Shown here in pieces: positions 1-9,160 of a stretch of 64,000 nucleotides of DNA; position 1 is the stretch's first letter, and each line of letters opens with the position of its first letter. The position numbers and the translations under genes are program-made. This stretch comes from Staphylococcus phage pSco-10. The stretch is taken from the sequence record KX011028.1; one strand, written 5' to 3'. Below the pieces are notes generated by a model. The model saw only the letters and a list, made by a program, of their open reading frames with translations. It had not been told where the DNA came from and ran no database searches.

Positions 1-901
1 CTAGAATCCTCTCTATTTCCAATCACTTGATTGTACTCTACTCAGTTATATTGCAATAAGCCCTCCCGGCGTAAAGCTCACTTTTCGATAGTCGTTGCAC
101 AAAATAACTTACCAATTCATTAAATGTTTAAGTTTAACCCATCTTTTCTTACTTTTAATATGGTAGTAAATACTCTCTGTTGCTTTTGGTACTTCAGCTA
201 GTATATAATTCTTGTCATACCCTTTATTTATCATATCAATTATAAGCTTAGCATCACTTTCAGTTATCGTTTTATCATAATTAACGAGTCCTGATTTATG
301 TGCATGTGTATTATTTTCTTCTATGGTACACCATTCTAGATTAAGTACACTATTATTTAATTTATCCCCATCTCTATGATTTATATACTTCTTACTTCTA
401 TCATTTTGAGGTATAAAAGCCTTAGCTATTAATCTATGTTTAAATAGATACTTATATTTACCATTAACTTTAATTCTAAACTTGTGATAACCTTTTTTAA
501 TTTGAGAAGCTACGACATAATTAAATTCTGTATTTACTAATCTACCATGATTAGTTATAGAGTAGTTTTTAAACTCTGTCTCTACTAGAATTTCAAAAGG
601 TTCTCTTTTAAACTCAGGTAATCCCATTTTTACTTTAGTTAAGTTATTTTTATTTCGGTAATTTTGAATAGTTGTTTTAGGTATATCTAACTCTTTAGAT
701 AATTCCCTATCAGTCATAGTTAAATAATTATCTTTAATGAATTTCTGTATTTCTTTGTTTTCAGTTATTTTGCTCATGATTGTCTCCTTTTTTTCTTTTA
801 GTATAGCATAAGTATTACTAAAAGTCAAGTTTGGAGAGTTCCCATGAATTAAGAGAGTTTTTTAACCTATAATATCTCTACTATAGGGGGCAGTTTTATT
901 T
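1..901 (-). mobile_element. Group I intron in nrdE, partial (3' end lies beyond the window start). It carries an HNH homing endonuclease ORF.
   Basis: 5' splice site follows GGT (plus 902-904). Proposed P1 is exon GGGU, a 10-nt loop aaauaaaacu, then IGS GCCC. A P2-like hairpin ccuaua/uauagg follows. An R-like P7 5' strand gcaacgacua is seen near plus 70-80. In-frame stop 2 codons into the intron. Confidence 0.6.
109..777 (-). CDS. HNH homing endonuclease, intron-encoded (start moved to internal ATG 775-777, which has an AAGGAG RBS 6 nt upstream)
   Basis: N-terminal HTH region. C-terminal HNH_3-like motif NHRDGDKLNNSVLNLEWCT..EN...H. The track ORF 109..828 begins with TTG. Confidence 0.8.
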   Translation of the reverse strand: MSKITENKEIQKFIKDNYLTMTDRELSKELDIPKTTIQNYRNKNNLTKVKMGLPEFKREPFEILVETEFKNYSITNHGRLVNTEFNYVVASQIKKGYHKFRIKVNGKYKYLFKHRLIAKAFIPQNDRSKKYINHRDGDKLNNSVLNLEWCTIEENNTHAHKSGLVNYDKTITESDAKLIIDMINKGYDKNYILAEVPKATESIYYHIKSKKRWVKLKHLMNW

Positions 902-1621
902 ACCCTGGTCATAAATACCTACTTTATGCTCAATAGCTTTAGCAAAAGCAATAACACCTTTACTTGAGTTAGGTCTATTACGTACTGGAGCACCTTTAGG
1001 TCTAATTCTAGTTAAGTCAATTGCAACTCCGCCACCATTAGAACTAGCGTTAGCTACACTATCTTCAACAAAGTTTAGAGACTCAATTGAATCATCTACT
1101 ACAAATAGGTAACATGAACTTAGTTCACCTCTATTGGCTTGTCCTGAGTTATTATACGTAGGTGTAGATGGTTGGAATGTTTGTTCCATAAGTTGTACTA
1201 GTAATTCTCTAGCTTTTACATAATCATTTTGGAATAGATATAAAGCTACTCGAACGTTATGTTGCTCATAATCTTCAACAAAAATAGGTTTCTCATCTTC
1301 ATCATACTGTTTTGATGCATAAGACTCATAAAACTTCTGACCTGCCATGAAACTAGGGAACTTAAAGTTAAAGCTGTAAGCTAACTTAGTCATTTCATCA
1401 ATAATAGTATCAGGAACACTATCAAATATCTTATCATAAGTTCCTTCTTCTGTCAATACTCTAATTCTTTCTACTTCACTACTAAATTTTCTTGTGTTAT
1501 CATCAATATATTTTAAATACTCATCTAAAGCTTCTTGGTCTTTATAGAGTTTATTTTTTCCATTATCATCTAATTGAGTTATCTCGTTGTTTAACTCAAT
1601 CCATTTTCCATATGTTGCCAT
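902..1621 (-). CDS. nrdE: Ribonucleotide reductase large subunit NrdE, exon 1 (upstream exon; the rest of the gene is beyond the window)
   Basis: Class I RNR alpha motifs SSCYLF and NGGGVAIDLTRIRPKGAPV. The ORF continues only 2 codons (AAA TAA) past the predicted splice site. Confidence 0.8.
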
Positions 1622-1635
1622 ATATCTCTCATCCT

Positions 1636-2028
1636 TTACGCTACTTTATATTTATTACTAAAGTGTTCTAATATTGGTTGTATCTCGTTAAAGTGTCCTG
1701 ATTGCTCTACTTTAGCAATTAAAGGAATCTTAAACATCTCTGAAATCTTTGTACTTGCTCCACAGAAATTAGAGCCCCATTGTTTATTTCCTGTACCAAT
1801 AACTTCTTTAGGGCTCCCATTAATTTCTAAGAATCTTTCTATTTGTTTAGGTATTGCACCTTTCATATAAGTAGGTGTTATTAGTATAAAAGGTTTATCT
1901 ACTTTCTCTTTTCCACTCTTAACTCTAAACGTTTCAAATGAATTATTAATATTAATTTTGTTTACTAGTCGTTCTGTTTGTCCTGTACCTGAAAAATATA
2001 CAATTAACGGTCTTTCTTTACTTGTCAT
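1636..2028 (-). CDS. nrdI: NrdI flavodoxin-like RNR accessory protein
   Basis: PLIVYFSGTGQTERL flavodoxin motif. The internal ATG at 2026-2028 has an AGGAAGG RBS. The track ORF extends to 2067. Confidence 0.75.
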   Translation of the reverse strand: MTSKERPLIVYFSGTGQTERLVNKININNSFETFRVKSGKEKVDKPFILITPTYMKGAIPKQIERFLEINGSPKEVIGTGNKQWGSNFCGASTKISEMFKIPLIAKVEQSGHFNEIQPILEHFSNKYKVA

Positions 2029-2044
2029 ACTTATCTTACCTTCC

Positions 2045-2653
2045 TTATATATCACTAAGAAGGTCATTAATCAATTCATCTTCATGCTTACTTACCTCAG
2101 ATAAATTAGACTCGACCTTCTTGTATGGTTTTACATCTTTTTTGTCGTAGCAAGATATAATATAAGAAGGTGTAAATGAGGTCAACCCACTCATGGTAGT
2201 TATAAGGACATCGTAAAAAAATTTGTCTTTTCTAATATTATCAATAATAAAATCTGTTCTCATAACAGGGTATTCATTATCTCTTAAGTCCTCATATACT
2301 TTTTCATCATAAGGTAAAGCAACGTAACTCTGAGCTCTATTTCTAGTAAATATTAAGCAAGGTGTCTTATTCACCTTGCTACTATCATTAATTACTTGTT
2401 CCCACCATGTGTGTGGCTCTCTATTGTTTAGAAGAACATTATCTATAGTCCATTCTTCTCTATGTTTACATTCAACTACTAAAGGAAAATTAGCTTCCTG
2501 AGGTACTACTATATCTCCGACAGCATTATTATCTTTACCCCAAGAGGCACCACCTGATTGAGGAGACCTATTAAATTGATATCCCCACCAAGCAGTTAAT
2601 TCTTTAGCTATTTTACGTTCGAATGTATCTCCTTTTTTCTTACTGTTCGTCAT
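2045..2653 (-). CDS. Hjc-like PD-(D/E)XK Holliday junction resolvase
   Basis: KGDTFERKIAKEL and GDIVVP....VVECKH match the archaeal Hjc catalytic arrangement. Confidence 0.6.
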   Translation of the reverse strand: MTNSKKKGDTFERKIAKELTAWWGYQFNRSPQSGGASWGKDNNAVGDIVVPQEANFPLVVECKHREEWTIDNVLLNNREPHTWWEQVINDSSKVNKTPCLIFTRNRAQSYVALPYDEKVYEDLRDNEYPVMRTDFIIDNIRKDKFFYDVLITTMSGLTSFTPSYIISCYDKKDVKPYKKVESNLSEVSKHEDELINDLLSDI

Positions 2654-3092
2654 TTTTCTTCAACTGAATTACTTTTTCATTGCTGTCAGATTCAGTTTCT
2701 TCTTGTACTTCTTCTTGTTGTTTTTGACGTAATTCTTCTTGCTTCTCTTTTAAGTAAGCTTCTCGTTTATCATTTAACTTATTCTTAGCTTTTTCAACTT
2801 GTTCTTGAGTTACTCCTAACTCATCTTCCATGATAATCATCATTAAGTCAATTGCATTGAATGCATCATTAAAATCTCCTGAAATCTCTTGAACTGTAAT
2901 AGCATTAAGTACTTTAGCAATACGAGTTGCTTCTTCTAAAGAAACACTACGTGAGCCAATTCTATCCAACTGTTTAGCTGTTTTCTCATCAACTTGTTTA
3001 CCATCAACAGTTCCCTGTACTACAGCTTCAATCCATTTCTCCATGTCTGCTTGACTAATACCTTTTGTGTGTGTGCTAATATTTTTTTCCAT
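2640..3092 (-). CDS. hypothetical protein
   Basis: 150-aa ORF with codon usage coherent with its neighbours. Confidence 0.6.
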   Translation of the reverse strand: MEKNISTHTKGISQADMEKWIEAVVQGTVDGKQVDEKTAKQLDRIGSRSVSLEEATRIAKVLNAITVQEISGDFNDAFNAIDLMMIIMEDELGVTQEQVEKAKNKLNDKREAYLKEKQEELRQKQQEEVQEETESDSNEKVIQLKKNDEQ

Positions 3093-3430
3093 TATTCTTG
3101 TTCTCCTTTTTCTTCTTCATTTTTAGGTTCTTCTTGTGATTTATCAATTGATTCTTGAATGTAGTCTAATACATCTTCGTTAATAAGCTCTGCTTTATAC
3201 AAAGCATCAATTAAAATATTTAAGTTTAACTCATTGTTGTATTCTAAGTCTGTCATTTGCTCATTAACACCTATCATAAGGTTAGTAATAGCTTTAGCTA
3301 CATCTGTTAATGTTGCTGTTTCTTCTTTACCTATTTCTTCTAATTGATGTTGTCGTTGCTCATTACCAACTCTTAGAGCTGTAATGTATTCATCTACAAA
3401 TTTTAAAATATCTTTTTTATTATTTGACAT
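3092..3430 (-). CDS. hypothetical acidic protein
   Basis: 112-aa ORF. Start and stop overlap neighbouring genes (ATGA-type coupling). Confidence 0.6.
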   Translation of the reverse strand: MSNNKKDILKFVDEYITALRVGNEQRQHQLEEIGKEETATLTDVAKAITNLMIGVNEQMTDLEYNNELNLNILIDALYKAELINEDVLDYIQESIDKSQEEPKNEEEKGEQE

Positions 3431-3497
3431 TATTTTTTTTTCTCCTTTATTAATTACTTAAGTACTAGTATAACATAAAACTCTTCTAAGGTCAAGC

Positions 3498-4565
3498 CTA
3501 AAGTTTAAGTTTTTGTTGTATTTTGTAACTTTGTATACTTTCAGGTGTTACTAGTACTCGATTCTGTTTTAGTAACTCAAAAGCTTTCCTTGTTCCCATA
3601 TCATTTGCATCCTCGTCACCATGAGGTACAAAGTAAACTTTATTAAAGTGTGTTTTTAGCTTATAGGCTAAATCTATATTATTATCTAATGCATCAGTAT
3701 CTAACATAATATATATTGATGTGTCTACACTAACATAATCAATTATTTTTTTTATTTGATTTTCTGTTACTTGTTTACCTAGTGTTGCTACCCCATATTC
3801 ATGAAAAGTTAAAGCATCAAATACACCTTCAGTTATAACTAAGAATTTTTTCTTTCTTGCTATATTTAAATTAAATACGACATCTTTTCTTCCTACTTCA
3901 TCTTGTTTAGCAGGAGCATTAATAGATTTAATATAAGGGTTTTTCTCTATACTTCGTGTGTTCCAATACTGATAGTTTCCATCATTATCATACGTAAAGA
4001 ATATAATACTATTCCTTAATGATACTTTTGATTCCCCATCAACTTTATAGAAGCTCCCATTAATAACATAACCTATATTATTGTTAATGATTTGTTCTAA
4101 AGTTATACCTCTACCTTTTAAGTATTTTAGAAAAGGTATAATCTCTCTATTATTTAAATTATCTTTTAATAATTTATATCCATCAGGTAATCTAGGTGGT
4201 TTAATACTAGTATTTCCTTTATCTTGGTGTACTCCTCTAAGCATTAATATAAGTTTCTCTGATTCTGTTAAATCCTTGTTATTAGTTGTAAGTAAAGGGG
4301 CTCTCTCTATATCTATGTTCTTAGACTCTAATAAGTCAAAAGCTTGTTTACCTGTAATGTTGTAATAGGTCTTCATAAATGTAATCGGGTTACCGGATTC
4401 ATCACATTTTTTACAATGATATTGACCATTACTAGAGTCTAAAGCTTGCTTAACATAGAACTTATAACTTTTTTCTCCACAAAACGGACAACAGTATCTT
4501 AGCTCACCTATAGTATTCTCTTTTGGTTCTCCTAATTCTTGGGTTAAAAAGTCTTCAAACCTCAT
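3498..4565 (-). CDS. DNA primase (zinc-binding CHC2 domain plus TOPRIM)
   Basis: CCPFCGEKS...HCKKCDESG zinc finger. TOPRIM motif VITEGVFDALT. Confidence 0.85.
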   Translation of the reverse strand: MRFEDFLTQELGEPKENTIGELRYCCPFCGEKSYKFYVKQALDSSNGQYHCKKCDESGNPITFMKTYYNITGKQAFDLLESKNIDIERAPLLTTNNKDLTESEKLILMLRGVHQDKGNTSIKPPRLPDGYKLLKDNLNNREIIPFLKYLKGRGITLEQIINNNIGYVINGSFYKVDGESKVSLRNSIIFFTYDNDGNYQYWNTRSIEKNPYIKSINAPAKQDEVGRKDVVFNLNIARKKKFLVITEGVFDALTFHEYGVATLGKQVTENQIKKIIDYVSVDTSIYIMLDTDALDNNIDLAYKLKTHFNKVYFVPHGDEDANDMGTRKAFELLKQNRVLVTPESIQSYKIQQKLKL

Positions 4566-4579
4566 AATATCCTTCCTTA

Positions 4580-5176
4580 CTATTTACTAATTTTTTTCAT
4601 CAATAGTAACATATTGTAAATCTGTCCTAGGTCACTATAAGTTACGTCTACAGAAAAATCACTCTCTTTAAGTGCTTCATTTAATTGTGACTCTTCTGAT
4701 TTCATGTTAAAGATTCTCAATTCTTCTTCTGTTTTACCTTCTAAGTACCTAGTAACAACAATAGTTTTAAGACTTTGGAATATAACTCCAATATCTCTGA
4801 ACCCTTGTTCTACAATGCTAGCATCATACTCTTCTGTTATAACAGGTAAACCGTATTGTTTAGCTTTCTCAATAATCTTTAAATTATCTTTACGTACTGC
4901 AGGGTTATACCAATACCCTATTCTACATCTATGATTATTATCTCTAATAATATCTAGGTCATTACTTTCTAAACCGTAAGACGAAGGTAAAGTAGAACGT
5001 AATCTTTTTAATTCTAAATACTCTCCATTTCTGCTTAACTTATACTCATAAGCATTACTTAAAGGATACCAATCAACTAAATTAGCTGTAGGTACATTCT
5101 CTATTGTTTTGTGCTCCTTATTACGATGAAACACATTAAGTGTTGCATTATCTTTATCTAAAATCTTTAATTTCAT
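4580..5176 (-). CDS. hypothetical protein (start taken at internal ATG, 1 nt overlap with the upstream HNH gene stop)
   Basis: The track ORF 4580..5221 extends into the upstream gene. Met16 gives a compact arrangement. Confidence 0.55.
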   Translation of the reverse strand: MKLKILDKDNATLNVFHRNKEHKTIENVPTANLVDWYPLSNAYEYKLSRNGEYLELKRLRSTLPSSYGLESNDLDIIRDNNHRCRIGYWYNPAVRKDNLKIIEKAKQYGLPVITEEYDASIVEQGFRDIGVIFQSLKTIVVTRYLEGKTEEELRIFNMKSEESQLNEALKESDFSVDVTYSDLGQIYNMLLLMKKISK

Positions 5177-5757
5177 TATTTTTCCTCCAGTTTTATTTCT
5201 TCTTCTGTGGCATAACGCCATTTATAATCTTTATGATATCCACCTCTTCTACCTGTACATTGTTGTGATATACTTTGATGTGTAAATCCACATCTATCAG
5301 CTTCCATCATAGATTTAAAATATATCTTATCCTTACCATTTCTATGCTCTCCTATAATAGGAGTACCTCTGACATTATTTTTTATCTTAGTCTCAGATAC
5401 CTTATTAATACGACTACCGTAGGTATTATTATAGCTATGAGTACACCACTCTAAGTTATCTACTCTATTATTTTCTTTATTCTCATCTTTATGATTTATG
5501 CAAGGTAGATTATCAACATTAGGTAAAAAATGAGTAGCTACTAATTTATGAACCGTTACCGATTTTCTTTTTTTATTATCATATAAATGTACTACCATGT
5601 ACCCAATACCATTATTATTCAAAGATAAAATTTTCTCTTTCTTTTTCATCATATGGTTAGACCTTTTTATTAGCTTCTCTTTTGCCTTAACCCTACCATA
5701 ATTAGAAATCATATAATAGTTTTCATATCCTTCTATATCTTTCCATTCTTCTTTCAT
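5176..5757 (-). CDS. HNH homing endonuclease, free-standing
   Basis: Motif HKLVATHF...CINHKDENKENNRVDNLEWCT..NN in the HNH_3 family. TAATG overlap with the sbcC stop. Confidence 0.8.
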   Translation of the reverse strand: MKEEWKDIEGYENYYMISNYGRVKAKEKLIKRSNHMMKKKEKILSLNNNGIGYMVVHLYDNKKRKSVTVHKLVATHFLPNVDNLPCINHKDENKENNRVDNLEWCTHSYNNTYGSRINKVSETKIKNNVRGTPIIGEHRNGKDKIYFKSMMEADRCGFTHQSISQQCTGRRGGYHKDYKWRYATEEEIKLEEK

Positions 5758-7676
5758 TATTTTTCCTCCAATTTTGATACTCCTTTTTCTTTTATAATTT
5801 TAATTGTCTGTTCAAATAAAGGAGCTAAACTTTGGTTATGAGTAATTACAAAGATAGTTCCTACTGTATTAAGTCTATCCTTTAATAACTTAATTACATT
5901 TTCACATCCTACAGTATCTAACCCATCAAAACATTCATCATAAAGTGCAATATTTGTAGATATCTCATCTTTACTCATAATTAAATCCTGAATTGCAAAG
6001 CTAATTGCTAGGTCAATACGTTTTTGTTCTCCTGCTGAGTTTGATTTGTATGAGCCTCCGCCCTTACTATTCTTAACAATAACATCAAACTTATCTTTTA
6101 GTTCTCCTTTAGCATTCTTCACCTGAGTTTGGAATTCTATTTCAATATCTGAACCTGATAAAGTTTGAAGATATTCATTGGCTTTCTCATTTAAGAAAGG
6201 TGTAATAAAGTCTAACACTACTGAACGTATACCTTTATTACTAAAAGCATCTACAGCTTGTTGATACTTACCTTTCTTACTTTCTAATTGTACTACATTT
6301 TCTTCATGTTTGTCAATAGCATTTTGTAATTCTTTTTTATCTTTTTCATGTTTTTCTTTGCTTGGCTCTTCTCGTTCTAATCCTTGAATAGATTGATGCT
6401 GATATTTCACTTTTAAATATGTTTTATTATTCTCTAATGAACTAATATCTGATTTAATCTTAGAAGACTCTTGAATGAGTCTATTAATCCTGTTGTTGTG
6501 TTCTCGTTCTTGTTGGTCTTCTTGGGACATTTTGTCTTTAATTTCTTGTGCTTTATTATTTACTTTATCAATAGCTTCTTTGTACGTATCTTTCGTTCCT
6601 AATAAACTAGTAATCTCTTGTTTCTTACGTTCAATCTGATTATTGATATTTTCCTGCTCTTTAAGTTTATGAGAGTTATCTATAGGAGAACCACAAACAG
6701 GACAATGGTCGTTTGTATCTAACTGATTTAAGCTATTATTTAGTGTAGCTATCTCAGATTTTAGTACCTGCTCCTTAGTATTATAATCTGTATATACTTG
6801 ATTTAATTCAGTTAATTTATTAGAAAGTAAATCTAGGCTCTGAGAGGCTTTATTATAGTCCTCTGAATGCTTAAATTGTTCATTAGGTATTGTTGGTACC
6901 TGTGAAGTTAATTGCTCTATTTGAGCTTCTATTTGCTTCTCCTCTTGCTCTCTTAATCTATCTTTCTCTTTATTACTGTTTTCTATCTGAACCAATTGTT
7001 CTTTATATTGATTGTACTGTTCTACTTCCTTTTGAAAATATTCATCTTTTGTAGATAACTGATATCCTAATTTATCTATTTCTTGTCTTAGGTTATTTTG
7101 TTGTTCCTCTACTTCTTTAACTTTCTCTTTTGCTACATCTTGTGCTTGCTTATATACATCTGTTTTAGTAATGGATTCAAGAATCTCTTTCTTACCTTTA
7201 TCTGTTGCTTGGGAGAACATAGGAATATCTCCTTGACCGTACATGATAGCATTAACATAAGTATTAAACTCAATCCCAAATAAATCCTGTATCTGTTTAT
7301 CAGTAACATCATTTGTTGAGCCTGTAATTTCGTTACCATTAACAAATAATTTTACTTTGTTCTTATTCTCTTTATCCTTACGATAACGCTCAATTAAATA
7401 GCTATCTTCTCCAATATCGAACTTAAGTTTAACAGATGTATTTTTCTTCTCAATATTATTTACTACATCATCTGCTTTTAACCCTTTTTCAGTTTTACCA
7501 TATAAAGCATAAGTAATGGCAGATATTAAAGTTGACTTACCGGAGCCATTTGAATGGAATGACTCGTTAGATTTATTCTCACCCTCAATAAGTATTAAAC
7601 CTCTATTCTCTAGCTCTAGTGTAGCTTCTTTAATTGCTAAAAAATTATTAACTTCTACTTGTTTAAATACTACCAT
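5757..7676 (-). CDS. sbcC: SbcC/Rad50-like recombination ATPase
   Basis: Walker A GSGKST. Long coiled coil with zinc hook CPVCG. C-terminal signature/D-loop DECFDGLD...ITHN. Confidence 0.9.
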   Translation of the reverse strand: MVVFKQVEVNNFLAIKEATLELENRGLILIEGENKSNESFHSNGSGKSTLISAITYALYGKTEKGLKADDVVNNIEKKNTSVKLKFDIGEDSYLIERYRKDKENKNKVKLFVNGNEITGSTNDVTDKQIQDLFGIEFNTYVNAIMYGQGDIPMFSQATDKGKKEILESITKTDVYKQAQDVAKEKVKEVEEQQNNLRQEIDKLGYQLSTKDEYFQKEVEQYNQYKEQLVQIENSNKEKDRLREQEEKQIEAQIEQLTSQVPTIPNEQFKHSEDYNKASQSLDLLSNKLTELNQVYTDYNTKEQVLKSEIATLNNSLNQLDTNDHCPVCGSPIDNSHKLKEQENINNQIERKKQEITSLLGTKDTYKEAIDKVNNKAQEIKDKMSQEDQQEREHNNRINRLIQESSKIKSDISSLENNKTYLKVKYQHQSIQGLEREEPSKEKHEKDKKELQNAIDKHEENVVQLESKKGKYQQAVDAFSNKGIRSVVLDFITPFLNEKANEYLQTLSGSDIEIEFQTQVKNAKGELKDKFDVIVKNSKGGGSYKSNSAGEQKRIDLAISFAIQDLIMSKDEISTNIALYDECFDGLDTVGCENVIKLLKDRLNTVGTIFVITHNQSLAPLFEQTIKIIKEKGVSKLEEK

Positions 7677-8074
7677 TACTTATCTCCTTTCGTAACCCTA
7701 AAGAAACAATTATGAGAACCATAATCAATCCAATAATATTCATCATGTTCTACAATTCTATTATAGTAATGTTTTTCAAAATTACTATCTTCAAAAATCT
7801 TTTTCATTTTAGATAAACCATCTTCTAAACCTTCAACATTACAAATGTTCTCTATTACTCCATCCGAATCTTGAAATTGTAAAATAGGTTTCTTTTTATC
7901 TAAATCTTTGTCCTCAACATTACTAATATCTAGTTTGTTAATCTTAGGTTTCATATCTTTAAACGCTTTCCATAAATCTTCTTTTACCTGTTCCCAATCT
8001 TCTGCTAAATTTTCTCCATCTGACCTGTTTAGATATTCTTTATACTTTCTCACTATAAAACCTCCTTCAAACAT
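7676..8074 (-). CDS. hypothetical protein
   Basis: 132-aa ORF between sbcD and sbcC. Confidence 0.6.
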   Translation of the reverse strand: MFEGGFIVRKYKEYLNRSDGENLAEDWEQVKEDLWKAFKDMKPKINKLDISNVEDKDLDKKKPILQFQDSDGVIENICNVEGLEDGLSKMKKIFEDSNFEKHYYNRIVEHDEYYWIDYGSHNCFFRVTKGDK

Positions 8075-9081
8075 TCAAGTATTTCTTGTTCTGATTCAGG
8101 TGTATATTGCTTAGCATAAGTACTAGCAATTGTTAAAGGGTCATCAGATACATCACTATCTATACGTTTCTCTACAGTATACTCTTTTTTAATCTGAACT
8201 TCAACGTTTCTATCCTTCATACTATCATCCATTTCTAGAACTTTAGCATGGTTTGAAGTACCAATAACTCTAATAAAATTATCCTCATCTACTAATTGCT
8301 CAAAGTTTTCAGGTATATCTTCTCCCTGGATAGTAATAAATCTACGTGTATAAATTGGGATAAATTCTGTAGTCATCTTTTCTGTATCTATTAAATGTAC
8401 ACCATTAGCTTCTTGTTCATCAGAAAATGACTGTTGCATTAATGAACCTCCATAAAAATGGTTTGGGTTTTTGAAATATTGTCTTCTGTGGTAGTGTCCT
8501 AATAGAATGAAAGCATAATTATCCGGTAATAAATCTTGATAACCAAATGCGCCTTCTAATCTGTGTGAACCTTTACCAGTTAACGACCCTTCTACTCCTA
8601 AGTGACCTACTAGAATATTAACTTTCCCTAACTTATTACTACTTTTAATGTAATCTTTTATCTCTTCAGTCTCATCTCCGTAAGCACACATTGTTAATTG
8701 TACTGTATCACTTAAAGGTTCACTTCTTAGAGATTTAGTTACTTCTACGTTAGGTAACGTTTCAAATATATCTATACTTGAATCAGTATATAATGAGTTA
8801 CTCACAGCATCATGATTTCCTCTAACCATATAAACTTTAATGTCTTGGTTACTAGCAAATGTTTCAAAGACTTTATTATACACTCTAGTATCTACTGAAT
8901 TACGTTTGTGAAATAGGTCTCCTCCAAAAATAACTGTAGCTTCTTCTTCCCTAGCAATATCGAAAACTTTCTGTAATGCTTCTATCTGCTCTTTAAATCT
9001 ATCATTTACATAATCGTCATCAGGTTTTGCATAGTTTGTAAATAAGTGAAAATGACTATCAGTAAAAAATACAAACTTCAT
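8053..9081 (-). CDS. sbcD: SbcD/Mre11-like nuclease
   Basis: Calcineurin-like phosphoesterase motifs FFTDSHFH, GGDLFH and MVRGNHD. Confidence 0.9.
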   Translation of the reverse strand: MKFVFFTDSHFHLFTNYAKPDDDYVNDRFKEQIEALQKVFDIAREEEATVIFGGDLFHKRNSVDTRVYNKVFETFASNQDIKVYMVRGNHDAVSNSLYTDSSIDIFETLPNVEVTKSLRSEPLSDTVQLTMCAYGDETEEIKDYIKSSNKLGKVNILVGHLGVEGSLTGKGSHRLEGAFGYQDLLPDNYAFILLGHYHRRQYFKNPNHFYGGSLMQQSFSDEQEANGVHLIDTEKMTTEFIPIYTRRFITIQGEDIPENFEQLVDEDNFIRVIGTSNHAKVLEMDDSMKDRNVEVQIKKEYTVEKRIDSDVSDDPLTIASTYAKQYTPESEQEILECLKEVL

Positions 9082-9113
9082 ATTAATCTCTCCTTTTAAC
9101 TCTTTATAAAATA

Positions 9114-9142
9114 ATTATACCACCTAACATATAAAATGTCAA
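9114..9142 (-). promoter_or_regulatory. sigma-A type promoter upstream of sbcD-sbcC
   Basis: Minus strand TTGACA (plus 9137-9142), 17-nt spacer, TGgTATAAT extended -10 (plus 9114-9119). Confidence 0.6.
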
Positions 9143-9160
9143 GTGGTATATAGTAAAAAT

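Noticed and set aside
4081-4365. A plus-strand 94-aa ORF inside the primase gene, and the similar small plus-strand ORFs inside genes at 4704, 7098, 7908, 10041, 10951, 11589, 12339, 13221, 15878, 19070, 19869, 22147, 26000, 32224, 37838, 39343, 42973, 43579, 44737, 47965, 50817, 51390, 54666, 56555, 57455, 58179 and 60479.
   Set aside because: All are embedded antisense within well-supported minus-strand genes and lack an RBS. AT-rich antisense frames of this length are expected by chance.
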